From an uncultured Phycisphaerales bacterium (GTDB taxonomy: Bacteria > Planctomycetota > Phycisphaerae > Tepidisphaerales > Tepidisphaeraceae), in contig CAWJPJ010000006.1 in assembly GCA_963844715.1 (NCBI GenBank), forward strand, positions 1,056,001 through 1,120,000: a stretch of DNA of 64,000 nt, written 5' to 3'. Each line of letters opens with the position of its first letter. The stretch's first letter is position 1. Below the pieces are notes generated by a model that was not told the origin of the DNA, made no database searches, and saw nothing but the letters and a program-made list of their open reading frames with translations. Below are positions 1 to 9,248 of this stretch, piece by piece. Both the position numbers and the translations under genes were made by a program.

Positions 1-1573
1 TTGCCGTCGAAGGAAACGATATCCGGCGGCTCGAGGATCAGCAGGCGCTGGGTGACTTTATCCAGGAAATAGCGATCGTGGCTGACGCAGACGACTGTAC
101 CGTCGAAATCATTCAGGGCACGCTCGAGGGCTTCGCAGGAATTGATATCGAGGTGGTTCGTCGGCTCGTCCATGACCAGGACGTTGGGGCGATCGATGAG
201 GAGCTGGGCGATGGCGACTCTGGCGCGTTCGCCGCCGCTGAGCATACGGATGGGTTTGTCAATGTCTTCGTTGCGGAAGAGCATGAGGGCCAGGACCGCG
301 CGAACGTCGGCGTCGTTGACATCGCGGCCGACGCGGACTTCCTCAGAAACGGTGTGATCGGGATTGAATTCGCCGAGGCGCTGATCGTAGTAGCCGAGTT
401 TGAGGCTCGCGCCCAGCGGACTTCGCCGGCGTCGAGTTCGCGCTTGCCAAGGAGGACTTCGAGGAGTGTAGTTTTTCCGGAGCCATTGGGGCCGATGATT
501 CCGATGCGCTCGCCGCGCGTGATATCGAGTTTGACGTCGGACCAGAGGGGTTTGTCGCCGTAGCGCTTGGTTAGTTCCTTGACGCGGAGCACGCGATCGC
601 CGGCGCGGAGATCGCTGTTCATGGAGACGCGGATTTTGCTCGTGGTCTCGACGCTTTTGATGAGGTCGTCGCTGGCGAGCAGGCGCTGGAGGCGTTTGTC
701 GCGGCCCTTGGCTTCCTTGCGCGCTGACCGGCGCCGAAGCGGCGGATGAATTCGGACTGCTTGGCGATATCCGCCTGCTGCTCTTCGTAAGCGCGCTGCT
801 GAGACAGTTCGTGCAATTTGCGCTGCTCGACGTAGGCGGAATAGTTGCCCGGATAACTTTTGAGCTTGGCGCCAGTGAGCCAGACGATGCGCGTGGCCAG
901 GCGATCGAGCAGATAGCGATCGTGACTGACGAGGAGCACGGCGCCCGGGAAACTCGCGAGATATTCCTCGAGCCAGGCGATGGCGGTCAGATCGAGGTGA
1001 TTGGTCGGCTCGTCTAGCAGGAGGAGATCACACTGGCCGGTGAGGAGTTTGGCCAGGGCGAGTCTGGATCTCTGGCCGCCGGAAAGAGTCGCGACGTTTT
1101 GTTCCCACGACTCCGGCGGCAGGCCGACGCCTTCGAGCATGGCTTCGAGTTTGTGTCGCCAGGCGTATCCGCCGGCGAGTTCGAAATCGTGCTGCGCTTC
1201 CTGATATTGGTGGAGAATTTTTTCGAGTTTCTCGCCGGTGACGTGGGCCATCTCGTGTTCCAACTTGCGCAGGCGATGGGATAGATCGTGAAGTGTCGAA
1301 AAGGCAAGTTCGGCCTCGTCCATGACGGTGTTGGCGGGATCAAAGACGGGGTCTTGCTCGAGATAGCCGAATTTGACGCCGTCGGCGATGGAGACAGTGC
1401 CGGCGTCGACGGGCAATTGTTTGGTAAGAACGCGGAAGAGCGTGGTTTTTCCGCTGCCATTGTCGCCGATGAGCCCGATGCGGCTCGCCGCGGTCGATGG
1501 AGAAGGCGAGCTTGTCGAACATGACGCGCCGGCCGAAGGTTTTTTCGATATCGAGTAGTGTTGCCAGTGCCAT
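1..1573 (-). CDS. ABC-F family ATP-binding cassette protein (3' end runs off the window; apparent frameshifts near 1490, 720 and 410)
   Basis: Consecutive ORF pieces 1340..1573, 1014..1610, 619..1416 and 113..622 carry LSGGQ signature, LLLLDEPTNHLD, VSHDRY and a second Walker A GPNGSGKTT; no TM segments. Confidence 0.9.
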
Positions 1574-1676
1574 AATGAAAATCCGATGAGTCGATGCGGG
1601 GACCGGTCATCGGGAAACCGGAGCCATTTGTATCAGGCGGATGACTGGTTTGAAATCTCGGCGAGCTGCAAGCAGC

Positions 1677-1898
1677 TTAAGGCCCATTAACCGCGGGTGT
1701 TTGTTGGACGGCGCGTTTGCCGGGTCTGAGGGAAAGATCGTCGGTCATCACATAGACCAGGATCATGGCGAGCATCAAGGCCACCGCGACCCAGACGCGC
1801 CAATCTTTATGGGCATGCTTCCAAAAATGATGGCGTTCGTGGACGTGATCCCGCGGTTTGGATCCCTCGCTCTCAACATTGTGCTTTTGGGCGGCCAT
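1677..1898 (-). CDS. Small hypothetical single-TM membrane protein with His-rich N-region
   Basis: 73-aa ORF with hydrophobic stretch VWVAVALMLAMILVYVM; co-oriented with neighbours. Confidence 0.6.
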   Translation of the reverse strand: MAAQKHNVESEGSKPRDHVHERHHFWKHAHKDWRVWVAVALMLAMILVYVMTDDLSLRPGKRAVQQTPAVNGP

Positions 1899-2012
1899 CT
1901 GCTTTCACCGTAAGGCGACTTCCAGACGAGGCGATCTTTGCCGCAGTTGGGGGAGAGACCCATCACCCATCCCGCGGAATCTAGCAGAGGAACGGGGCGA
2001 CGGGAATAAGAG

Positions 2013-2686
2013 CTACACGTTCGCCGTCTGCGAACTTGCCGCCGCCTTGGCGGCTTCCCTGGCGGCGGTGGATTGCTCCCTGTTGCGGTCGTGCTCTTCC
2101 TTTAAGGGGACCAGGATCTCGATCACCTGGCTGAGGACGCGGATTTGGGAGAGGGTGGCCTCTACGCGGATGACTTTTTCGGGGGGATATTTGCTCAAAA
2201 TCGGGCGGGTTTCACGTTCGTACACTTCCAGCCGTTTGCGGATGACGGCGTCGCTAGCGTCGTCGAAACGGTTTTCCTTCAATGCCCGGCGGCGCAGGCG
2301 CTCGACCATTTTGGTTTTGTCGGCGCAGACGAGGTGAATCACTTTCAGGACATTGATCGTTTCGTCGAGGAGTTCGGCCTGCTGGATATTTCTGGGGATG
2401 CCGTCGAGAACGAGAATTTCGCTGTCGGGGTGGAACTGATTGATCATTTCCATCCCCTTGATGTACTGCTTCCACAGACGAATGGTCAGTTCGTCGGGGA
2501 CGAGCTGGCCTTTGCCGGCGTATTCCCAGAAGACGCGGCCCATTTCGCTTTGAAGATCGAGGGAGCGGAAGATTTCGCCGGTGGCGGAATGATAGAAGCC
2601 GGGGATGGAGCCGAGGATTTTTCCCTGGGTTCCCTTTCCGCTGCCCGGGTGCCGAAGAGAAGGATGGCTTTGTAACGCATGTCCAT
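2013..2686 (-). CDS. adk: Adenylate/nucleoside monophosphate kinase (apparent frameshifts near 2645 and 2545)
   Basis: MRYKAILLFG start followed by a P-loop-like GKGTQG in the shifted frame; GQLVPDE, LVLDGIPRN, R.DD...VIRKRLEVY motifs in 2013..2543. Confidence 0.8.
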
Positions 2687-2715
2687 GGGGTATATCGGTA
2701 CGATTTTGAAGCGGC

Positions 2716-4347
2716 TCAATCGGACGCTTCGATGCCTAAATCTTTCACTTTTTTATTGAGCGTGTTGCGGTTGATTCCGAGAAAATCGGCGGCCTTGGTC
2801 TTGACCCCGCCGCATTTGGCCAGGGCGCGGTCGATGAGGGCGTGCTCGATTTGCTCGATCACCAGGGAGTATATCTCCCCTTCGCGCATTTCGTAATCGG
2901 CGATCGCCTGATCGGCGAGGCGGCGGGTGAGGGTTTCAATGGATTCGCTGGATTGGGCCTGGCGGCGCTGCTGGGCAAAAATGCGGACGCTCAGGGGGAG
3001 CAATTCCTCGTGGAAATCCTCATCCGTGCTGAGGACCACGGCGCGCTCGATGGTGTTTTCCAGTTCGCGGACGTTCCCGGGCCAGGGATAGCGGAGCAGG
3101 ACGTTGAGCATATCGCGGCTGATTCGCCGCAGCTTTCGCTCGTTTTGCGAATTGTATTTATCGAGGAAGAAGTCGATCAGGCGCGGGACGTCTTCGCGGC
3201 GATTGCGTAACGGAGGGAGATAGACGCTGACGACGTTGAGGCGGTAGAAAAGGTCCTCGCGGAAAGCGCCCTTGGCGACTTGTTCCTGGAGATCGACGTT
3301 GGTGGCGGCGATGACTCGGACGTCGACCTTGACGGTTTGCGTGTCGCCGACGCGCTCGAATTCGCGCTCCTGTAGAACGCGCAGAAGCTTGACCTGCAAC
3401 TGGGGCTCGAGGGTGCCGATTTCGTCGAGGAAAATCGTGCCGGCATCGGCGGCCTCGAAGCGGCCCTGTTTGTCGCGGATGGCGCCGGTGAAGGAGCCTT
3501 TGACGTGGCCGAAGAGTTCGCTTTCCAGAAGCGTGCCGCTGAGTGCGCCGCAGTTGACGCGGATGAAGCTTTTGTCCTTGCGGGGGGAGTTATAGTGAAT
3601 CGCCTTGGCGATCATTTCCTTTCCGGTGCCGGTTTCTCCCAAAAGTAAAACCGTCGCGCGGCTGTTGGCGACCTGGCCGACGGTAGCGAAGACTTCGTGC
3701 ATCGCGGGGGAGTCGCCGATGATGTTTTCGAAACGGTAGCGATCGCGCACCTGGGCGCGGAGCTGGGCGTTCTCCTCGAGGAGTTCTTCCTTCTGGCGCA
3801 TCATCATGCGGTTGATTTGAATGGCTTGCGCCAAAAAGGCGGAAATGATTTCCAGGAAAGTTTGATCGCCCTGCAGCGCTTCGGTCGTGGCCAGCGGTTT
3901 GTCGACGGAAAGGGCCCCGGCGGTGCGGCCTTCGATCTTAATGGGGATGCAGAGGAAGCTCATCGGGGTGCCGGAGTCGGGGGCGAGGCGGCCGGTTTTG
4001 TTGAGGAAATCGGGTTCCAAGCGGACGTCCTGAATAATCCGTGCCCGTCCGGTGGCGACTACGTTCCCGGTAATTCCTTCACCCAAGGCGTACTTGCCGC
4101 GTTCGATGTCTTCGGGGGGGATGCCGACTGCCGCCTCTGTGCGCAGTCGGCCGGAGGAATCATCGAGGAGGACGAGGGCGCCGCGCCGCATATCCAGCTT
4201 TTCTGAAATGATTTGCATCATCTTTCCGAACGCATCGCGGAGATCGAGCGTGGAGGAAAGAATGCGGCCGATCTCCATGAGAATGGCCAATTCCTGTTCA
4301 GAGGAAGCGCGGGGTGCTTGGGAATTAGGCGGCATGGACCCTTCCAT
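2716..4347 (-). CDS. GAF-domain sigma-54 enhancer-binding protein (NifA/FhlA-like architecture)
   Basis: N-terminal [41 protein letters not shown]-terminal Fis-type HTH ([12 protein letters not shown]). Confidence 0.93.
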   Translation of the reverse strand: MEGSMPPNSQAPRASSEQELAILMEIGRILSSTLDLRDAFGKMMQIISEKLDMRRGALVLLDDSSGRLRTEAAVGIPPEDIERGKYALGEGITGNVVATGRARIIQDVRLEPDFLNKTGRLAPDSGTPMSFLCIPIKIEGRTAGALSVDKPLATTEALQGDQTFLEIISAFLAQAIQINRMMMRQKEELLEENAQLRAQVRDRYRFENIIGDSPAMHEVFATVGQVANSRATVLLLGETGTGKEMIAKAIHYNSPRKDKSFIRVNCGALSGTLLESELFGHVKGSFTGAIRDKQGRFEAADAGTIFLDEIGTLEPQLQVKLLRVLQEREFERVGDTQTVKVDVRVIAATNVDLQEQVAKGAFREDLFYRLNVVSVYLPPLRNRREDVPRLIDFFLDKYNSQNERKLRRISRDMLNVLLRYPWPGNVRELENTIERAVVLSTDEDFHEELLPLSVRIFAQQRRQAQSSESIETLTRRLADQAIADYEMREGEIYSLVIEQIEHALIDRALAKCGGVKTKAADFLGINRNTLNKKVKDLGIEASD

Positions 4348-4509
4348 GTCTATAATGTACGCAGGAGGAGCGGCGAGGGCAAATTTGCACCCATAAATCG
4401 ATGAAAAGTCTTGAGTAATCGAGATTTGAGTCGCCGCGACGGACTGTCGATAGGGATATTAACGATTTTTCCGCCTGTTAGAAGCGCCGCGGCGGTCGAG
4501 AGCGTGCAT

Positions 4510-5647
4510 ATGTGGTCGTTTTGGCTGATGGCGGCGGGGTTCGGGGCGCTGGGGGCGGCAGGGGCACTCTTTTACCTATTTCGTCAGGTCCGGAGTCAGA
4601 ACGCCGTTCAGCAATCCCTCGCCGAACGCACGGCGACGGTGAATCGGCTTCTAGAGTTTTCCCAAACCATCCAGGGCGCCGGCAAGCCGGATCAAATCTT
4701 TGCGTCTCTTACCCATTACTTGAAATCAGAACTTGGGCTTTGGGGGCTGGTGATCCTGACCAACGAGGCGGATGCCGTGCCGGCGATCGAACTGCGCGGC
4801 GTGGCCCGAGAATTTGATTTCAACAGCGGCGCTGGCGGAGATGGAACCGGCGCTATGCCCGTGCCTGCGTCAGAATCTGCCGCGCGTTTTTAAGCCGGAT
4901 AATTCACCGGTGCGGTGCGGCGTGGATTCGTGTTTGCACTTGCCGACGACTCACGCGGCGTATTGCATTCCGTTCACGATTGGGACGAAGGTTCAGGCCG
5001 TCGCCCACATGGTTCTGCCGGTGCGCATGGAGTGGAACGAGCAGCGCCAGCAACTGGCGCAAACATACATCAACAGCGCACAGTCGGTGCTGACATCGCT
5101 AAACCTGCTGGCGGAGGCCGAAAAACAGTCGATGACGGATGCGCTGACGGGACTGTACAACCGCCGATCAATGGATCAACTGCTTCAGCGCGAAGTGGCG
5201 ATGGCGGAACGATATGGGCATCCGATGTCGCTGGTGATGATCGACCTGGATTACTTCAAGGAGATCAACGACGCGCACGGGCACGCAGCGGGCGATCACA
5301 TGCTTCGCGCGTTTGCGGATTGCGTGCGGATCACGCTGCGGAAGACGGATCTGGCGTTTCGGTATGGGGGAGATGAGTTCGTCATTGCGCTGCCGCAGAC
5401 GCCGCTGTTTCAAGCGCAGCAGGTTGTGCAGAAGCTCCGGCAGGCGTTTTTGTCGGTCGACTTCTCGCACGCCATCACGCATCTGGACAAGAATCCGACC
5501 CTGAGCATTGGGGTCGCCGAGCGGAGCAAGACGGGGAACATATTGACGCTGGCGAGCCTTCTGTCCGCGGCTGATCAAGCGCTTTATAACGCCAAAAACA
5601 GCAATCGGAATTGCGTCCGTGTCTTCGAGCCTCCACAGGCTGCATAA
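4510..5647 (+). CDS. Membrane-anchored GAF-GGDEF diguanylate cyclase (frameshift near 4800)
   Basis: N-terminal TM helix; DALTGLYNRR, DLDYFKEIND, RKTD inhibitory site (RxxD) followed by intact GGDEF. Confidence 0.9.
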
Positions 5648-5820
5648 ACGGACCCGCCCAATATCACCTCAAATTGCACTGCAACTGCCGCTTGGCATTA
5701 ATCTTATCCGTCAAATTGAGGCGGATATTTTTGTGTTGCCCATGTAAATTGGTGTAGGATATAGGGCAAGCGTAACTCTTAAGTGGCGGCAGAAGTCCTG
5801 TGGAGACAGGGGGCTTTGCG

Positions 5821-6816
5821 ATGCAAATGGCAGTAGGGCAGGCAGTTTCAGATCGCCCGGTCATGGGCGCATTGCCGGAATTTGAATCGCGCTTCATCGT
5901 TCAATCGTCGGCGATGACCCGCGTTCAACAGGCGGCGAAGGCCGTGGCCACGCGCGCAAGCACCGTGATGCTTCTGGGGGAAACCGGCAGCGGCAAGGAG
6001 ATGCTGGCGCGGTTCGTTCACGAGAATTCCCCGCGGAAAAATCAGCCGTTTATTCCCGTCGACTGCTCGGCGTTGACCGAAACATTATTTGAAAGCCAGC
6101 TATTCGGGCACGTCAAAGGGGCATTCACCGGGGCTGTGCGCGATACCATGGGTTTCGTTCGCGCCGCCGACGGCGGGACGCTTTTTCTGGACGAAGTGGG
6201 CGAATTAACGCTGAATTTACAGGCAAAATTGCTGCGCGTGTTGCAGGAGCGCTGCGTCGTTCCGGTGGGCGGCACGCAGGCGTCTCCCGTTGACGTGCGC
6301 GTGGTCTGCGCCACGAATCGGGATTTGCAGGCGATGGTGGAACAAGAGACGTTTCGCCAGGATCTGTTTTTCCGAATCAACGTGGTGGTGCTGCGGGTTC
6401 CGCCGTTGCGCGAGCGCACGGAAGACATCGTGGCGTTGTCGGAATATTTCCTGGCGCGGCAGGCGGGGATGAGCCAGGAGCCGCGGAAATCTCTGCATCC
6501 CGACGCGGTGCAAAGCCTGATCAAATACAACTGGCCGGGGAACATCCGCGAGCTTTTCAATGTTTTGGAGCACGGGCACATCATGTCGCTGGGCCCGGTC
6601 GTTGAGTTAAGCGATTTGCCTCCCCCACTGAGCAATTCCGGGTTTGCGGGGCGCGTTCATGCGTCGGAGTTGAATCTCCAGCGGCTGGAGCGGAATGCGA
6701 TCATCGAAGCGTTGAAGCGCACGCGATTTAACCGCGCGGCGGCATGCCGTCTTTTGGGAATTGAGGCGCGTCGCTTGAATCGCCGAATTCTCGCCTTGCG
6801 CATCCCCCTGCCCTAG
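5821..6816 (+). CDS. Sigma-54 enhancer-binding protein lacking an N-terminal sensor/receiver domain
   Basis: GETGSGKE within ~60 aa of the start, GAFTGA, FLDEVG, WPGNIREL, C-terminal HTH. Confidence 0.92.
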   Translation: MQMAVGQAVSDRPVMGALPEFESRFIVQSSAMTRVQQAAKAVATRASTVMLLGETGSGKEMLARFVHENSPRKNQPFIPVDCSALTETLFESQLFGHVKGAFTGAVRDTMGFVRAADGGTLFLDEVGELTLNLQAKLLRVLQERCVVPVGGTQASPVDVRVVCATNRDLQAMVEQETFRQDLFFRINVVVLRVPPLRERTEDIVALSEYFLARQAGMSQEPRKSLHPDAVQSLIKYNWPGNIRELFNVLEHGHIMSLGPVVELSDLPPPLSNSGFAGRVHASELNLQRLERNAIIEALKRTRFNRAAACRLLGIEARRLNRRILALRIPLP

Positions 6817-6868
6817 CCCATCTTACTATTTCTCGCGTTTTCAATCAGGTTATAATACGAGGGCGCGG

Positions 6869-6951
6869 CCAAAATGGTATTTTTCCGCCATATCCATTTA
6901 TAATCAAACAAGTTACGCGATCATCATACCCCCCACCACCCACCATTATGG
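6869..6951 (+). promoter_or_regulatory. Paired CCA-N3-TGG palindromes, putative enhancer (UAS) of the sigma-54 promoter at 7056
   Basis: CCAAAATGG 6869-6877 and CCATTATGG 6943-6951, 74 bp apart; same spacing recurs at 8868/8942. Confidence 0.6.
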
Positions 6952-7053
6952 CCGGTCGCGGTGCTTTGTTTGAATTTGAATGCAAAGGGCAATGCCAGCC
7001 ATAACCGTATTTATTTAGGGCACTTAGCATCAGATCGACGGACCTAATTTTAG

Positions 7054-7071
7054 GCGGCACGCGGTTCGTTA
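7054..7071 (+). promoter_or_regulatory. Putative sigma-54 (-24/-12) promoter of the PEP-CTERM gene
   Basis: CGGCACGCGGTTCGTT (GG-N10-GT, one mismatch at -12); positionally equivalent to the canonical site at 9054. Confidence 0.6.
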
Positions 7072-7401
7072 TAGCTTCCCGCGTAAGGCAGCGCCCATGA
7101 GCTAGGGCCATAAGGCTCTGTCCCTGTTGGGTGCGGATGCTTGCTCGATGGTGAGCTGGCATCGGGTGCTGCGGTAAGTGGATGGGTCGATCGCCGTAGC
7201 AGTTTTGATCGAATCCCAATTTGTTGTTCAGCCGTGTTCAGGGAGTCCCCCGCTGCGCGAGCCGCATGCCTAGAGCAGTGGCTTCGTTGTGGGTGTTGTG
7301 TGTACCGCCGGGAATTGTGCGGGGTGAGGTCCCCGTGATTTTCGGCGGAATTCGGAGTGGTGAAATAAGACAAGTCCCCTAACGGGGCCGAGGAGAGAAT
7401 C

Positions 7402-8745
7402 ATGAGTATCGTGGAGTCAACGAAGTCGAAGACACCCCGTATTACGCGACTTGAAGCCGTTGCCGGCGGAGCAATCATTGCTGCCGCCGTTTTCGCGGCT
7501 GCTCCGAAGTTCGCGTCCGCTCAATCCATTCAAATGCAGGTTTCGGGCGGCACCACGACCGACCCCACGGCCGCTGGCGCACTGACTTGGTTCAATACCT
7601 CGAACTGGAATAATGCCGGTGTTACCGGGACCCTTCCGGAAAGCGACACGGGCTCGCTCACCGCGCAAAACATCGCACCGGATAACGCCACGATGCCATC
7701 GGTGGGCTTGGTGTTTGATCCGGTCAACGACCCCAACGCGGCAGGACTTGGCGGTAACGCATATGTGGCGAACTTGGACGAGATTTCCGGTTCGACCTAT
7801 ATCGCTTCGGTTGCAGGAACTTATGCCGCTCCGGCAAAGCTCACGATCGAAAGCGGCACCCTCATCGCCGGCACAGCCACGGTTGGGCGCGATAGTCAGG
7901 GAATCCTGGCTCTCAACGGCGGAGCGTTCCTCACCGTCGGCTCAATCAAAATCCAAGGCACAAACAAGGCCGTTACGGCTATTGGTACTGGGACCTTCGA
8001 ATATCACGGAGGAACATTAGATGCCGAACAGGGCATCCAGCTCGGCTCGGGCGCTTGCAGTACGGGTCTAACCAAGACTTCAGCCGGTGTCGGCTACTTC
8101 ACGGTCTACAACGATGGCCCCGCCGGCGCGATTCTCAGCCAGAACGGTTTCCAGATCGCCACCAACACCAACCAGGCGGGCACGATCGGAATTGTTGAAT
8201 TCCACTATGACATCAACACGGGTGGAATCGGCGGAACCCGCCCGATCCAAACCAACGTGGACCAGGGCAACGGCGAAACCGGTCAGGGCATCCTGCACAT
8301 CCAAAATAACACCAACAATTCGGCGCGATTGAACCTTGTTCTTGACGCGGCGCCGAGCGTCATCGGCGGCCTCGTGCAGAATCTGGGCCTGTTCGATGAC
8401 ACCGTCATCTCGGGCTCCGGCACGTATCCGAAGGCCTTCTATTCAGTGGATGGCACGACGGTATTCACGCAAGGCGCCACCATCACGGCGGCATACATGG
8501 GCACGTCGTATAGCTGGACGATCAGCTATAGCGGGCAGATCAACTTCACGAATACGGCCACGTCAGGCTACGACTCGTCGGGAATCGATGCGGTTGGCGG
8601 CAACGACGTGGTACTGATCGGATTGCCGTCGGGCGGCGCTCCGCCGATCCCGGAACCGACCAGCTTGGCGCTACTCGGTGGCGCGGGCGGGATGATTATG
8701 GCCCGTCGCAGAAACAGGAAAGAAAACCAGGCCCCCAAAGCGTAA
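7402..8745 (+). CDS. PEP-CTERM surface protein
   Basis: SD GAGGAG; signal peptide ending ASAQ; G/T/N-rich body; IPEPTSLALLGGAGGMIMARRRNRK sorting signal. Confidence 0.92.
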   Translation: MSIVESTKSKTPRITRLEAVAGGAIIAAAVFAAAPKFASAQSIQMQVSGGTTTDPTAAGALTWFNTSNWNNAGVTGTLPESDTGSLTAQNIAPDNATMPSVGLVFDPVNDPNAAGLGGNAYVANLDEISGSTYIASVAGTYAAPAKLTIESGTLIAGTATVGRDSQGILALNGGAFLTVGSIKIQGTNKAVTAIGTGTFEYHGGTLDAEQGIQLGSGACSTGLTKTSAGVGYFTVYNDGPAGAILSQNGFQIATNTNQAGTIGIVEFHYDINTGGIGGTRPIQTNVDQGNGETGQGILHIQNNTNNSARLNLVLDAAPSVIGGLVQNLGLFDDTVISGSGTYPKAFYSVDGTTVFTQGATITAAYMGTSYSWTISYSGQINFTNTATSGYDSSGIDAVGGNDVVLIGLPSGGAPPIPEPTSLALLGGAGGMIMARRRNRKENQAPKA

Positions 8746-8764
8746 AGCGCTGGCAGGTCTGAGC

Positions 8765-8826
8765 TAAAACTCTCCGCTACACCCCCGGCTCCTACCCTAC
8801 AATGCCCCGGGGGTTTTTTATGCGCC
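8765..8826 (+). repeat. Copy 1 of 62-bp direct repeat; includes an intrinsic terminator with an 18-nt C-rich loop
   Basis: taaaactctccgctacacccccggctcctaccctacaatgccccgggggttttttatgcgcc; stem acccccgg/ccgggggt plus T-run. Confidence 0.95.
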
Positions 8827-8867
8827 GAGTTCGCCCCAAGTTTGAAGGCGCTTATGGGACCGGGTTA

Positions 8868-8950
8868 CCAAAGTAGTATGCTATTCGTCTATCCATATTG
8901 ATAACAAGGACTTAAATATCAAAATCACATATGTCCACCTACCAAAATGG
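8868..8950 (+). promoter_or_regulatory. Paired CCA-N3-TGG-like sites, putative enhancer of the promoter at 9054
   Basis: CCAAAGTAG 8868-8876 and CCAAAATGG 8942-8950, 74 bp apart, in an AT-rich tract with IHF-like motifs. Confidence 0.55.
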
Positions 8951-9051
8951 CGGGTCTGGGCACGAGGTGAAGAATATAGAACCAGCAGTCTGATTGTTAT
9001 AACAGATGATTTGATAGGAAGTTAAAGAATTAATTGCCGATAGAAACAGCC

Positions 9052-9068
9052 GCGGCACGCAGTTAGCT
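9052..9068 (+). promoter_or_regulatory. Sigma-54 (-24/-12) promoter
   Basis: CGGCACGCAGTTAGCT = GG-N10-GC. Confidence 0.75.
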
Positions 9069-9078
9069 GTTCATCGGG

Positions 9079-9219
9079 TGACCTAGTGGCTGCGGTGTTC
9101 GAAAGGACCCGCAGATTTGAAGATGAAAGCCGTCGTTGCCGAGTAAGGTGGCCACCGGCAGTTTAAAACTCTCCGCTACACCCCCGGCTCCTACCCTACA
9201 ATGCCCCGGGGGTTTTTTT
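9079..9219 (+). ncRNA. Candidate sigma-54-dependent small RNA (~140 nt); 5' end approximate
   Basis: Bounded by a sigma-54 promoter and an intrinsic terminator; no substantial ORF; GAAA-tetraloop hairpin ctgcgg-tgttc-gaaa-ggac-ccgcag. Confidence 0.65.
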
Positions 9220-9226
9220 ATGCGCC
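9164..9226 (+). repeat. Copy 2 of the 62-bp direct repeat / intrinsic terminator
   Basis: Identical to 8765-8826 apart from one extra T in the T-run. Confidence 0.95.
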
Positions 9227-9248
9227 CGCCGAGAAGCAGCGCGAGGGT

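Noticed and set aside
2716..4347. nifA and nitrogen fixation
   Set aside because: Architecture is NifA-like but no nif genes are nearby; GAF-AAA+-HTH is a generic layout
9022..9043. Sigma-28 promoter (TAAAG...GCCGATAG)
   Set aside because: Spacing is far shorter than canonical N15; the neighbouring sigma-54 site fits better
9075..9145. c-di-GMP-I (GEMM) riboswitch or hammerhead ribozyme resemblance (GAAA loop, ...GTTGCCGA)
   Set aside because: Lacks the GGCAAA/GACGCAAA cores and CUGAUGA; no downstream gene on the same strand
8765..9226. 62-bp direct repeat as a CRISPR array or att/target-site duplication
   Set aside because: Only two copies with a ~340-bp spacer; no cas or integrase genes; the repeat is a terminator
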